Source of the DNA: Planctomycetota bacterium | GTDB lineage: Bacteria; Planctomycetota; UBA1135; UBA2386 | DNA: 64,000 nt | Reading direction: 5' to 3' | Assembly (NCBI GenBank): GCA_947501605.1 | Contig: CANMWZ010000002.1 | Coordinates: 160,001-224,000 of the forward strand | Part shown: one piece after another, positions 39,242-51,207 of the stretch | Position numbering within the stretch: position 1 is the stretch's first letter | Layout of the letters: each line of letters opens with the position of its first letter | Translations under genes and position numbers: made by a program | Notes under the pieces: model-generated | What the model saw: only the letters and a program-made list of their open reading frames with translations | What the model was told of the DNA's origin: nothing | The model's database searches: none

Positions 39242-40339
39242 TCAACTACCGAACGTGGCGCGGTTCTTGTCCCACCACTCCTGCCACTTCTGCTGCGCGC
39301 GCACGCGCACGTCTTTGCTGGTCGCCGCCGCTTCGAACGGCAGAGTCTGGCCGGTGACCTCCTTGAGCGATCGCCAGGCCGAGTCGCGCACGATCACTTC
39401 GGGATCTGCCAGCGCGATGATCAAGGCATCGACCACATCGGGCGTCTTGAAGTCCTTCAGTCCTTCGACGCTGAGCCGACGAACGAAGGTGTCGGCATCC
39501 TTGGTCATGAGCAACACGTGAGGGAGAACCCGCACATCCTTGCTCCGCAGCAGTTCGTCAACCGCTTCGAAGCGAGCGCCGTCATCGGCATCGCCAAGCC
39601 GCGTCACCATGTGCGCGAGTTGAGGGGGCAGATCATTGGCGGGGACGGCAGGCTTCGGCAGCTCGGGCGGCGTGACCGGCTCCGCCGCGGACCGCGGCCG
39701 AGCAAGGATCTCGGCGAGAGTCACCGCCTGCTGCTGCAGCTTGACCTGGATCTCGGCCAGGGCGGGCCCATGATCGGGCCGGGCCTTCTCCGCACGCACA
39801 ACAGCCTGCTGCACAGCCTGCACGCTCGCAGCGGCAGCGACCAAGTCTTCCCCGATGGTCTGCAAGCGCTGCGTCGACGACTGCTGGTTGGCATCGAGCG
39901 CTTTCACCTGGGAGTCGAGGCGGTCGACATCCGTGCGCATCGCGACCCGATCGAGCGCCAGGCTCACACTCTGGACGACTTCCGACTGCGACTTCAGGCT
40001 GCCAGCTAGGTGCCCGTAGTCCGTCTCCAACCGCAACTGCATCTGGCCAATGCGATAGTCAAGAAAGAGGGATGCCGCCGCGACCGCGCCGAGCAGGACG
40101 ATGCCGAGCGGAAGCAGGCGCACATCGCCGCCACTACTCGGGCGGGCCACGGCCACCACGCCGCCACCAAGAGCCGGGTCCGTCGAAGCCGGTGCGTTCC
40201 CGCGCACGACCGGCAGACAGCAGGCTCCAATCGTCTTCCCCAGATGCAACATCGCAACGCCCCGCTCCACATCCTGGACCGGAACCGAAGTGCTACAGAG
40301 ATCGCAGAACAGAACCTCGAGCGATGCTGGCGTATCCAT
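39242..40339 (-). CDS. Zn-finger / TM / coiled-coil / HEAT-repeat protein
   Basis: FCDLC...GACC, TM LLPLGIVLLGAVAAASLF, heptads, Pro linker, HEAT-like repeats ending WQEWW. Confidence 0.7.
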   Translation of the reverse strand: MDTPASLEVLFCDLCSTSVPVQDVERGVAMLHLGKTIGACCLPVVRGNAPASTDPALGGGVVAVARPSSGGDVRLLPLGIVLLGAVAAASLFLDYRIGQMQLRLETDYGHLAGSLKSQSEVVQSVSLALDRVAMRTDVDRLDSQVKALDANQQSSTQRLQTIGEDLVAAAASVQAVQQAVVRAEKARPDHGPALAEIQVKLQQQAVTLAEILARPRSAAEPVTPPELPKPAVPANDLPPQLAHMVTRLGDADDGARFEAVDELLRSKDVRVLPHVLLMTKDADTFVRRLSVEGLKDFKTPDVVDALIIALADPEVIVRDSAWRSLKEVTGQTLPFEAAATSKDVRVRAQQKWQEWWDKNRATFGS

Positions 40340-40482
40340 GGTGGTCAGTCTCAGCCGTGGGCAATCTGCGGATTGGCGGCGGAGTTGCCCGCCATGCAGC
40401 AACTAGTCACGAGCCCGGCCAACGATACCGGCGCATCGGGCGCGCGCAGCAAGGTCGCCGCGCGCGGGAGGACGGAGCATAC

Positions 40483-41649
40483 TCAGGCGAGTCCGGCCTT
40501 GGCGCGCAGTTCGGCGGCCTTGGCCGTCGATTCCCAGGTGAACCCCTCGCGGCCGAAGTGGCCGTAGGAGGCAGTCTTGGTGAACACCGGGCGCTTCAGT
40601 TGCAGGTCGCGGATGATCGCCGCCGGCCGCAGATCGAACACCTGGCGCACGAAGCTCGTGAGTTTCTCTTCGGAGACCTTGCCCGTGCCAAAGGTGTCGC
40701 AGCGAATACTCACTGGCTGGGCGACGCCGATCGCGTAGGCGATCTGGACCTCGCAGCGGTCCGCCAGGCCGGCAGCGACGACGTTCTTTGCAACCCAGCG
40801 GCCGGCGTAAGCCGCCGAACGGTCGACCTTGCTCGGATCCTTGCCCGAGAACGCGCCGCCACCGTGACGCCCCATGCCGCCGTAGGTGTCGACGATGATC
40901 TTTCGACCCGTAAGTCCCGCGTCGGCCTTGGGACCGCCTTCGACGAACCGACCCGTCGGGTTCAAGAACCAGCGCGTGCTGTTGTCGACCATGCCCTTTG
41001 GCAAGACTTCGAGCGCGACGCTCTTCAATGCCTGGTGCAGCTCGTCGGTCGAAACCGAATCACGATGCTGGTGCGAGATCACCACCGTATTGATGTGGCG
41101 CGGCTTGTTGTTGTCGTCGTACTCGACGGTCAACTGGCTCTTCGCATCCGGCCGCAAGAACGAGAATCGCTTCTGTTTGCGGGCGGCGGCGAGCGCTTCG
41201 AGGATGCGGTGCGAGAAATGAATCGGGAAGGGCATCAATGCATCGGTCTCGCGACACGCGAACCCGAACATCATGCCCTGGTCACCGGCTCCCTGCTCCT
41301 TGCCCTGCGAGGTCGTCGCATCGACGCCGAGCGCGATGTCCGCCGACTGGCGCTGAATCGAAGTCAGCACTGCGCACGAGTTGTAGTCGAAGCCGATCTC
41401 TGGGTCGTCGTAGCCGATGTTCTTGATCGTGCTACGAATGACATCCTGGAAATCCACCTGCGCACGGGTCGTGATCTCTCCGGCAATCACGACAAAGCCG
41501 CGCGACACCATGGTCTCGCAAGCCACGCGCGACTCCGGATCCTGAGCCAGGATCGCGTCGAGCACGGCATCGGAGATCTGGTCGCAGACCTTGTCCGGAT
41601 GCCCTTCGCTCACGGACTCACTGGTGAAAAGACGAAGTTCCTTGTCCAT
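40483..41649 (-). CDS. metK: S-adenosylmethionine synthetase
   Basis: [56 protein letters not shown]. Confidence 0.98.
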   Translation of the reverse strand: MDKELRLFTSESVSEGHPDKVCDQISDAVLDAILAQDPESRVACETMVSRGFVVIAGEITTRAQVDFQDVIRSTIKNIGYDDPEIGFDYNSCAVLTSIQRQSADIALGVDATTSQGKEQGAGDQGMMFGFACRETDALMPFPIHFSHRILEALAAARKQKRFSFLRPDAKSQLTVEYDDNNKPRHINTVVISHQHRDSVSTDELHQALKSVALEVLPKGMVDNSTRWFLNPTGRFVEGGPKADAGLTGRKIIVDTYGGMGRHGGGAFSGKDPSKVDRSAAYAGRWVAKNVVAAGLADRCEVQIAYAIGVAQPVSIRCDTFGTGKVSEEKLTSFVRQVFDLRPAAIIRDLQLKRPVFTKTASYGHFGREGFTWESTAKAAELRAKAGLA

Positions 41650-42005
41650 CGGTATGGGCGGGTGCAGTCGGTTCAGTTGCAAGGCGGCCCGCCAGAACGA
41701 AGTCACAGCGAGCCAGATCGAGGGGCGGGGAGTCTAGCGAGGCCGACTCGGCTTCCGCGCGCGTTTCAGAGCAAAACTCGTGGGACCGGGGCTCCGCGTC
41801 GCGGAAATCACGCCAACACCCACCCACCGATGGCGGCCCCACGTCGGTGACGACCCGGAGCCCAACACGTTCCGGCGAAACAGGCCGGGGCTGAAACTCA
41901 GGCGCAGCTGCAACCATCCGGTCCGCTGTGCCTAGACAAACTGCGCATCCATCTGAACTGCCGGCCGAACCGCTTGGTCAACGGCCTCCATCACTTCCTC
42001 TTCCG

Positions 42006-42098
42006 ATGCACGCCACCACCCACTCTGTACGCCGAACGCCCATCGCGCTCACCCTCACAGCGGTCGCCCTGCTCTTGATCCTGGCGGCGTTGAGCTGA
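42006..42098 (+). CDS. Putative 30-aa single-TM peptide
   Basis: Translated by hand: MHATTHSVRRTPIALTLTAVALLLILAALS*; below the ORF-track cutoff; no Shine-Dalgarno seen. Confidence 0.4.
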   Translation: MHATTHSVRRTPIALTLTAVALLLILAALS

Positions 42099-42109
42099 GA
42101 ACAGTCGCT

Positions 42110-43486
42110 TCACGTCGCTGCGTTCGCGGCAGCCAAGGCGTCCGGAAGGAGCGGCCCGAGCAACTCCAAGGTCCGCTGGGTCGCCCCCTGATTGCCGGCA
42201 ATGACCGCACGAGCCCGCTGGCCAAGCTGTCGTCGTAGACCGCTATCGCGAACCAACTCATCGATGCTCCGTGCGAGGCCTGAGGCATCGGCCACTTGCA
42301 GCGCCGCGCGCGCGCGGAGCAGCAGATCGACGTCGGTGCGAAAGTTCGCGACATGCGGACCGAAGACCACCGCACGCCCCTGAGCCGCTGGCTCCAGCAT
42401 GTTCTGGCCGCCGTGAGGGATCAGGCTGCCGCCAACGAACGCGATGTCGCAAGCAGCGTAGAAGTTCTGGAGTTGGCCGATGGCATCGACGACCAGCACC
42501 GCGTCGTCGGGAATCGGCTGCAATCCACGCTGCGTCTCGCTCCACCGAACTGCCGTGCGCCCGAGTCCGCGCACCGCGTCGATGACGGCGGCAGAACGCT
42601 CGGGATGGCGTGGCACCAAGACGATTCGGCATTGGCGCACGCGGGCGCTCTTCGCCGCCGCCTCGCAGACTGCAATCTCCTCATCGGCGTGCGTCGAACC
42701 CGCCACCAGCACCAGACGGTCGCCGGGTGCGAGCCAGCGTCGCAGCGAGGCACCCTCACTGTCGAAGCCCCCCATCACGACACTGTCGTACTTCATGTTG
42801 CCGGTGACAAACACACTCGCGGGATCCACGCCGAGGTCGAGCAATCGCTTTTGATACGCCCCGTCCTGCACGCAGAAGAGGCGAATGCGGTCAAGCTGAG
42901 GCAACAGACCTCGCGCCCGGCGGTAACCGTGAAACGTCTTCTCGGAGATGCGGCCGTTGATCACCGCCACCGGAATGCCGCGCCGTGCCGCTGCCTGCAG
43001 GAAGTTCGGCCAGATCTCCAGTTCCATCAGCAACACACACTGCGGCTTCACGCGGTCGAGCGCGCGACCCGGCCAGAAACCGAAGTCGAGTGGGTAGAAC
43101 ACGACCTGAAGGTCCGGGTGCTCCTGGCGCGCGACCTGGTGCCCGTTCGGCGTCGTCGACGACAAGACGATTTGCAGATCGGGTCGCTGCTGGCGCAACC
43201 GCGCAATGATGTTGGTTGCGGCCTTGATCTCGCCTACCGAGACGCCGTGGATCCAAACGATGTCGCCCGACGTGCGCACGAGATCGACGTAGCCCATCCG
43301 TTGGCGAAAGCCGCGCCGATAGCGCGCATCGAATAGCGAGCGCCAGCCAAGTACTGGCAGGTAGAAGCACAGGCCGACCAGGAAGACCACTTGGTAGAAC
43401 GCCATGGTCGCTGCACCACGAAGCCACGAACGCGGACCGCGGGGTCTCTCGCTTGTAGGCTGCGTCAAGGGATCAGTCAGCGTCAC
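42110..43486 (-). CDS. waaA: Kdo transferase
   Basis: WIHGVSVGEI, ELEIWPNFL, NGRIS, TGNMKYD, AGSTH, VPRHPER, FVGGSL..GGQNMLEP. Confidence 0.95.
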   Translation of the reverse strand: MTLTDPLTQPTSERPRGPRSWLRGAATMAFYQVVFLVGLCFYLPVLGWRSLFDARYRRGFRQRMGYVDLVRTSGDIVWIHGVSVGEIKAATNIIARLRQQRPDLQIVLSSTTPNGHQVARQEHPDLQVVFYPLDFGFWPGRALDRVKPQCVLLMELEIWPNFLQAAARRGIPVAVINGRISEKTFHGYRRARGLLPQLDRIRLFCVQDGAYQKRLLDLGVDPASVFVTGNMKYDSVVMGGFDSEGASLRRWLAPGDRLVLVAGSTHADEEIAVCEAAAKSARVRQCRIVLVPRHPERSAAVIDAVRGLGRTAVRWSETQRGLQPIPDDAVLVVDAIGQLQNFYAACDIAFVGGSLIPHGGQNMLEPAAQGRAVVFGPHVANFRTDVDLLLRARAALQVADASGLARSIDELVRDSGLRRQLGQRARAVIAGNQGATQRTLELLGPLLPDALAAANAAT

Positions 43487-43532
43487 GGGTCCGAAGCGTC
43501 TTGGGTCGCGGCGGCGCCCGCCGCGGAAGAAC

Positions 43533-46577
<3,045 letters not shown>

Positions 46578-46749
46578 CGGAATACCTGCGATCTGCGGGC
46601 AGCGTGCCCGCGCGGCGACCAGAAATGCACAACCAGCGATCCGCGGTCGGCCGATCGCCATCGGCCGCGGACCTGCGCCACCACGCTCACCTTCGCCACG
46701 TTTGCCGAGCCCGGGTCGTGCGCCTCTGAGGCACGAGACCGCGATCGGT

Positions 46750-47019
46750 TCAGCAGCTCGGTGCAAAAACGCGGTCAGGCGCGCGCGAGGGCGGCAAGCC
46801 CCCGGCGGTGCGATCGAGCCAGCGGGGAATCCGGCGCGTCATGGACGGTCGCACCGGCGCGGCACTGCGATCCTCGACTCCGGCCCAACGAATGCCGACT
46901 GTGCTAGTCGCGGCCGGGGCTTCGACACAGCAGGCGACCGCCGACGGGACTCCGTCCATGCATCGGACCAGGGCGGGGCCACCCACCATCAGGACCAGTG
47001 CCAGGAGGACGCCGATCAC
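46750..47019 (-). CDS. Small exported protein upstream of secA; candidate translation-arrest peptide
   Basis: GAGGT Shine-Dalgarno 6 nt before GTG, GTGA overlap with the upstream stop, hydrophobic N-terminus, GGLPPSRAP near the C-terminus. Confidence 0.55.
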   Translation of the reverse strand: MIGVLLALVLMVGGPALVRCMDGVPSAVACCVEAPAATSTVGIRWAGVEDRSAAPVRPSMTRRIPRWLDRTAGGLPPSRAPDRVFAPSC

Positions 47020-47861
47020 AGCCGCACCTCTCGCGATCGCAGAACCCGATCGACCATCTCATAGAGCAGCGCTTCTTGGAACGGCTTGGCCAGAAACCCG
47101 TCGGCCATCCGAATGTCGGCCAGTGACACTTGCGCCGCACTGGCGAGCAGCACCGGAATGCTCCTCGTCGCCGGGTTGCTGCGCAGTTGCGCGATCACTT
47201 GCAGGCCGTCCATCTCAGGTAGTTCGTAGTCCAACAGCACCAGGTTAGGCAACAAGTGTGCAGCAGTTGCGGCCGCGATGCCGCCGCCGTGAACCTTGAC
47301 GGTGCGAAACCCTCGGGCTTGGAGCAACAACTCGATGGCCTCAGCCAAGTCGACCTCGTCGTCGACGATCAGAACCGTACCGCGGTCAAGACTCGCAGCG
47401 CCCGACCCGGCACAGCGCGCCTCGACGCTTCGGCGCAAGCAGGCAGCAGTGTCGAGGCCATGGCGGTCAAAGGCGGTTTCGATCTGTTGCTTCAGATCGC
47501 GGTTGAAGCGCCGCACCGCCATCCAAGACTCGTAGTCCGGGAAATCGGGCTTGATCTCCATCTGGTCATGGCTGTCGACCGCGAAAAAGAACTCACCAGG
47601 CACGATGTGTTCCTGCAGCACCAACTTCATGAACGGGTAGTTGCGATTGCCCAAACGCAGGCTGTAGCGCACGCAGGGATGCCCCGCCTCGGGCTCGATG
47701 CACTCCTTCTGAAACATCGCCAGCACACTCTCCGGGTCCTTGCTGGCCATGGCACTGAAGTCTGGGTCACGCCGCGCACGAGAGTGCGTGCCGTAGGCAA
47801 TCTCTTGATACAGCGCGATAGCGGTCGCCACGGTCTCCGAGCGCAAGGCGGTGAGTTTCAT
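47016..47861 (-). CDS. Response regulator: uncharacterised N-domain plus C-terminal receiver
   Basis: REC: VLIVDDE, VLLDYELPEMDG, FLAKPF; N-domain YSLRLGNRNYPFMKL...VDSHD. Confidence 0.85.
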   Translation of the reverse strand: MKLTALRSETVATAIALYQEIAYGTHSRARRDPDFSAMASKDPESVLAMFQKECIEPEAGHPCVRYSLRLGNRNYPFMKLVLQEHIVPGEFFFAVDSHDQMEIKPDFPDYESWMAVRRFNRDLKQQIETAFDRHGLDTAACLRRSVEARCAGSGAASLDRGTVLIVDDEVDLAEAIELLLQARGFRTVKVHGGGIAAATAAHLLPNLVLLDYELPEMDGLQVIAQLRSNPATRSIPVLLASAAQVSLADIRMADGFLAKPFQEALLYEMVDRVLRSREVRL

Positions 47862-48883
47862 CGGCCCTCCGCTTGCCCCGCCGGCCCCGGCCGCGGCGCC
47901 ACAGCGGGCTGTGGCGCGAAGGAGATCGGCGCCACAGCGGGCTGTGGCGCGACGGGGATCGGCGCCTGCAAACTGCCGCAGAGTTCGGTGATCGTGGTCT
48001 TGGCGGCGGCGAGCAGACGCGCAAGTTCCTCGACGATGCTGACCAAAACGGCCGGATCGACGAACGCCGCAGTCCCGACCTGCACCGCACGCGCACCGGC
48101 GCAAACGAACTCCAGCACGTCCTCAGCAGTGCGAGCACCACCGACGCCGATGACAGGAATGCGTACTGCGCGACTGATCTCGTGAACCATGCGCAACGCC
48201 ACTGGCTTGATGGCGGGACCCGACAAACCGCCGATGCCACGCCCGAGCACTGGCCGGCGTCGACGCCAATCGACTGCCATCCCGATCAGTGTATTGATCG
48301 CAGTGATGCCATCCGCGCCGCCCTGTTCGGCAGCCCGCGCGATCGCCGTCACATCGGTGACGTTGGGCGACAACTTGGCGAACACGGGCACGGTCGCGAC
48401 CCGCTTGACCGCAGTGACCGCGCGCTCGCACATGCGCGCTTCGGTCGAGAACAAGAGGCGCCCCTCTTGGACGTTGGGGCACGACAGGTTGACCTCGAGC
48501 GCATCGACCCCAGCTTCGCAGAAGCGCTCCGCCAGCTCGACGAACTCGTCCACCGCCTCGCCGCCGATGTTGATGATGATGCGGCGGCACAGGGTCCGCA
48601 TCCGCGGCAGCGTCTCGGCCAAGAAGTAGTCGGCGCCTTTGTTCTCCAGCCCGATCGAGTTCAGCATGCCCGACGGCGTCTCGGCGAGACGCGGGGGCGG
48701 GTTACCGTGGCGCGGACGCACCGTGACAGTCTTGGACACGAGCGCACCGACACGCGAGAGCGGCGAGAAGTCGCGACCCTCCCAACCGGAGCCGAACGTA
48801 CCCGAAGCACTCAGCACCGGGTTCGCCAGTTGCAGCGAACCGAGGGAAGTTCGCAAGGAGTCAGAGCCGCTGGGTTCCGCCAC
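47858..48883 (-). CDS. pyrD: Dihydroorotate dehydrogenase (family 1, probably 1B catalytic subunit)
   Basis: ASGTFG, MLNSIGLEN, EVNLSCPNV, KLSPNVTD, INTL, GGLSGPAIKP. Confidence 0.93.
   Translation of the reverse strand: MAEPSGSDSLRTSLGSLQLANPVLSASGTFGSGWEGRDFSPLSRVGALVSKTVTVRPRHGNPPPRLAETPSGMLNSIGLENKGADYFLAETLPRMRTLCRRIIINIGGEAVDEFVELAERFCEAGVDALEVNLSCPNVQEGRLLFSTEARMCERAVTAVKRVATVPVFAKLSPNVTDVTAIARAAEQGGADGITAINTLIGMAVDWRRRRPVLGRGIGGLSGPAIKPVALRMVHEISRAVRIPVIGVGGARTAEDVLEFVCAGARAVQVGTAAFVDPAVLVSIVEELARLLAAAKTTITELCGSLQAPIPVAPQPAVAPISFAPQPAVAPRPGPAGQAEGR
47895..47966. repeat. 33-bp tandem repeat (two copies plus a partial), each with a 10-bp-arm palindrome
   Basis: GGCGCCACAGCGGGCTGTGGCGCGAAGGAGATC / GGCGCCACAGCGGGCTGTGGCGCGACGGGGATC / GGCGCC, in frame within the pyrD 3' end. 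Confidence 0.9.
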
Positions 48884-48885
48884 GC

Positions 48886-49497
48886 TCAGGAGGATACCGC
48901 CTTGGCCTTCCGGTGCGACTCCCGATCCTCGCGCAGCATCAATAGCAAGAGACCGATGGCACCGACGGTGATGCACGAGTCGGCGACGTTGAACGCTGGG
49001 AAACCCCACCTCACCGGCCAGTGACCCTCGAAGCGAAGGAAGTCACGAACCGAGCGCGCAGGCAGGGCATCTGCGCGCGTGAAGTTGTCGTACAAGTTGC
49101 CGATGGCACCGGCGAAGATCAGCGACAGTACCGCGAGTTGGAAGCGCTTCGTCCTCGGCGTACCGGCGACGAACCACACCAGTCCGAGCACGGCACAGCA
49201 ACGCAACACCATCAGCACGACAGTGCCATTCTGGAACAAACCCCAGATCGTGCCGGGGTTCTCCCAGGTGACGATCAGGAAGCGCAAGAGCTGACTGTCG
49301 AACACGAGATGCCGGTTGTGGTCGCCCGCACCGTAGTTCTCCGCCATCCAGGAGAACGCGGCATCCTTGCTCCACAGATCGAGCAGGACGAGAAACGGCC
49401 AGGGCATCCAGAACCAAGCCTTGCCGGCAAACCAATGTCGGGGAGCTCGCGGGGGGTGCCCCGCCGCAGCGTCGCCGTTCCCGGCCACCACGCTCAC
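48886..49497 (-). CDS. lspA: Lipoprotein signal peptidase
   Basis: DLWSK, NPGTIWG, GAIGNLYD, VRDFL, FNVADSCITVG; GTGA overlap with the dksA-like gene. Confidence 0.92.
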   Translation of the reverse strand: MSVVAGNGDAAAGHPPRAPRHWFAGKAWFWMPWPFLVLLDLWSKDAAFSWMAENYGAGDHNRHLVFDSQLLRFLIVTWENPGTIWGLFQNGTVVLMVLRCCAVLGLVWFVAGTPRTKRFQLAVLSLIFAGAIGNLYDNFTRADALPARSVRDFLRFEGHWPVRWGFPAFNVADSCITVGAIGLLLLMLREDRESHRKAKAVSS

Positions 49498-49973
49498 GCG
49501 ATCTCGCGGTTGCGCTCTTCGGCTTCCTGGTGGCGAACGCAGTAGCGCGCCCACGGCAGGTACTCGAGTCGGGGCTTCGGGATCCACGGGTCAATCTTTG
49601 CTGCCGGTGCTGCTTTGGCCTTCTTGGCGGCAGCCGCCTTCTTGGCCGCTGATTCCTTCTTCTTCGCGCCGCCCTCGGCTTCCTCGACGCACAGCGGGCA
49701 AATGCCGAACTCCCATTCGCCGCGCTCCTCGATGCGATCGATCGCCTCGACGATGTGCTGGATGGTCTCTTCCTCGTTCTCGATCAGACCCAGCATGAAG
49801 CCCTGGTCGTAGTTGTCGGTGCCCTGGTCGGCCATGTGGTCGACGGACGCGTCTTGCTCGGACGCGCGCAAGGCCTCGTCACGCATGGAACCTACGTCGC
49901 CCCGCAGCGAAGCGAGTTGACGCTCGAGCACGGCTCGATACTTGGTCAGTTCCGTCTTGGTCGGCTTAGGCAT
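49494..49973 (-). CDS. TraR/DksA-family protein
   Basis: Coiled coil with HMADQGTD tip; FGICPLC...IPKPRL..LPWARYCVRH. Confidence 0.85.
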   Translation of the reverse strand: MPKPTKTELTKYRAVLERQLASLRGDVGSMRDEALRASEQDASVDHMADQGTDNYDQGFMLGLIENEEETIQHIVEAIDRIEERGEWEFGICPLCVEEAEGGAKKKESAAKKAAAAKKAKAAPAAKIDPWIPKPRLEYLPWARYCVRHQEAEERNREIA

Positions 49974-50237
49974 GAGCAGGATTGTCGAGCGAAGGAGGTC
50001 GTGCGGCCGGAGCCGCGCATTCCTGGCCCTTGGCGCAGCGCGCGGGGCCAGATTGGGGCGGGGACCTTAGGCGCTGCCGCGAAAGGGGTCAAGCGCCCCG
50101 CAAGTCCCCGGCACCGACGTTCGGCGCGAGTCCGACGCTTGCTTTCGCCGCTCTGGCACACCACTACTGTGCGCCATCCCACGTGGCGATGCCCGCGCCG
50201 CCGCGCGCTACCGACCTCTCCCCAGCACGACCCCGCG

Positions 50238-51122
50238 ATGGCACCGAGCCCCCAGCAGCACCTAGCGGACTTCTTGGTCTACCTCGGCGTCGAGCTACAA
50301 GTGTCGCCGAACACCGTCTCCGCCTATCGCCGCGACGTCAGTCGCTTCCTCTCGACCACGGCCTCGTTGCCCGACCGCGAGGCCATCGCCGCACACCTTG
50401 CGGACCTGGCCGCAAGCCATGCGCCGGCGTCGGTGGCGCGCGCAGCGGCGGCGATCCGCGGCTTCTATCGGTTCTTGCACGCCGAAGGCCACTGCAAGGA
50501 GGACATCGCCACTGGGCTGCTCGGACCCCGGATCGAACAGAAGCTGCCAAAGGCCCTGAGCCGAGCCTCGGTACAGCGCCTCCTCACCGCGACGGATGAG
50601 AGTTCGCCACTGGGGCTACGGGACCAGGCAATGTTGCACGTGCTCTACGCCACGGGTTGCCGTGTCAGTGAAGTGACCGGCCTGCGAACGACGAGCTTGG
50701 TCGAAGAACACCGCCTGTTGCGTGCCTACGGCAAGGGCAACAAGGAGCGACTCGTGCCGATCAGCGACCGCGCCGTCCAGTTGCTACTCGCCTACAAGAC
50801 CGAAGTCCGACCACTGCTGCGCTCGCGAGCCCTGCGCGATCCCGGCGACGTGCTGTTCTTGTCGCGCACCGGCCGCCCCCTCGACCGCGTCCGCGTCTGG
50901 CAGGTCGTACGGGCCACGTGTCGCGCGGCCGGGCTCGAAGTCGCCTGTTCGCCGCACGCGCTGCGGCACTCGTTTGCAACCCACCTTGTCAGCGGCGGCG
51001 CCGACCTGCGGTCGGTGCAGGAGATGCTCGGGCATGCGTCGCTGGCGACAACGCAGATCTACACCCACGTCGATCACGAACGACTGCGAAAGACGCATGA
51101 ACGCTGCCACCCGCGCGGCTGA
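50238..51122 (+). CDS. xerD: Tyrosine recombinase, XerD-type
   Basis: SPNTVSAYRRD, LYATGCRVSE, GKGNKERLVP, SPHALRHSFATHL, VQEMLGHASLATTQIYTHV. Confidence 0.88.
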   Translation: MAPSPQQHLADFLVYLGVELQVSPNTVSAYRRDVSRFLSTTASLPDREAIAAHLADLAASHAPASVARAAAAIRGFYRFLHAEGHCKEDIATGLLGPRIEQKLPKALSRASVQRLLTATDESSPLGLRDQAMLHVLYATGCRVSEVTGLRTTSLVEEHRLLRAYGKGNKERLVPISDRAVQLLLAYKTEVRPLLRSRALRDPGDVLFLSRTGRPLDRVRVWQVVRATCRAAGLEVACSPHALRHSFATHLVSGGADLRSVQEMLGHASLATTQIYTHVDHERLRKTHERCHPRG

Positions 51123-51207
51123 GGCCGAGTCGGCTCCGCCTACCCCAGTTGTCTGCCACATTGCTGTCGGCGGCAACCACGGAGCCGGAGGTCCGCGAAG
51201 GGCGCCG

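Noticed and set aside
41650..41760. Known SAM riboswitch (SAM-I/II/III) upstream of metK
   Set aside because: Only a GCCTTGCAAC fragment recalls the SMK box; the other conserved cores are absent. Kept only as an unidentified structured region.
40072..41850. 592-aa plus-strand ORF
   Set aside because: Antisense shadow of metK.
41887..41993. tmRNA- or tRNA-like ends (GGGGCTGAAA ... CCTCCATCA)
   Set aside because: The acceptor stem does not pair correctly, there is no T-loop (TTCGA), and it is far too short for tmRNA.
47895..47966. CRISPR array
   Set aside because: Only two units, no unique spacers, lies inside a CDS, and no cas genes are present.
50238..51122. Prophage or island integrase
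   Set aside because: The sequence is XerD-like; no att repeats, tRNA, phage genes or compositional shift were seen.
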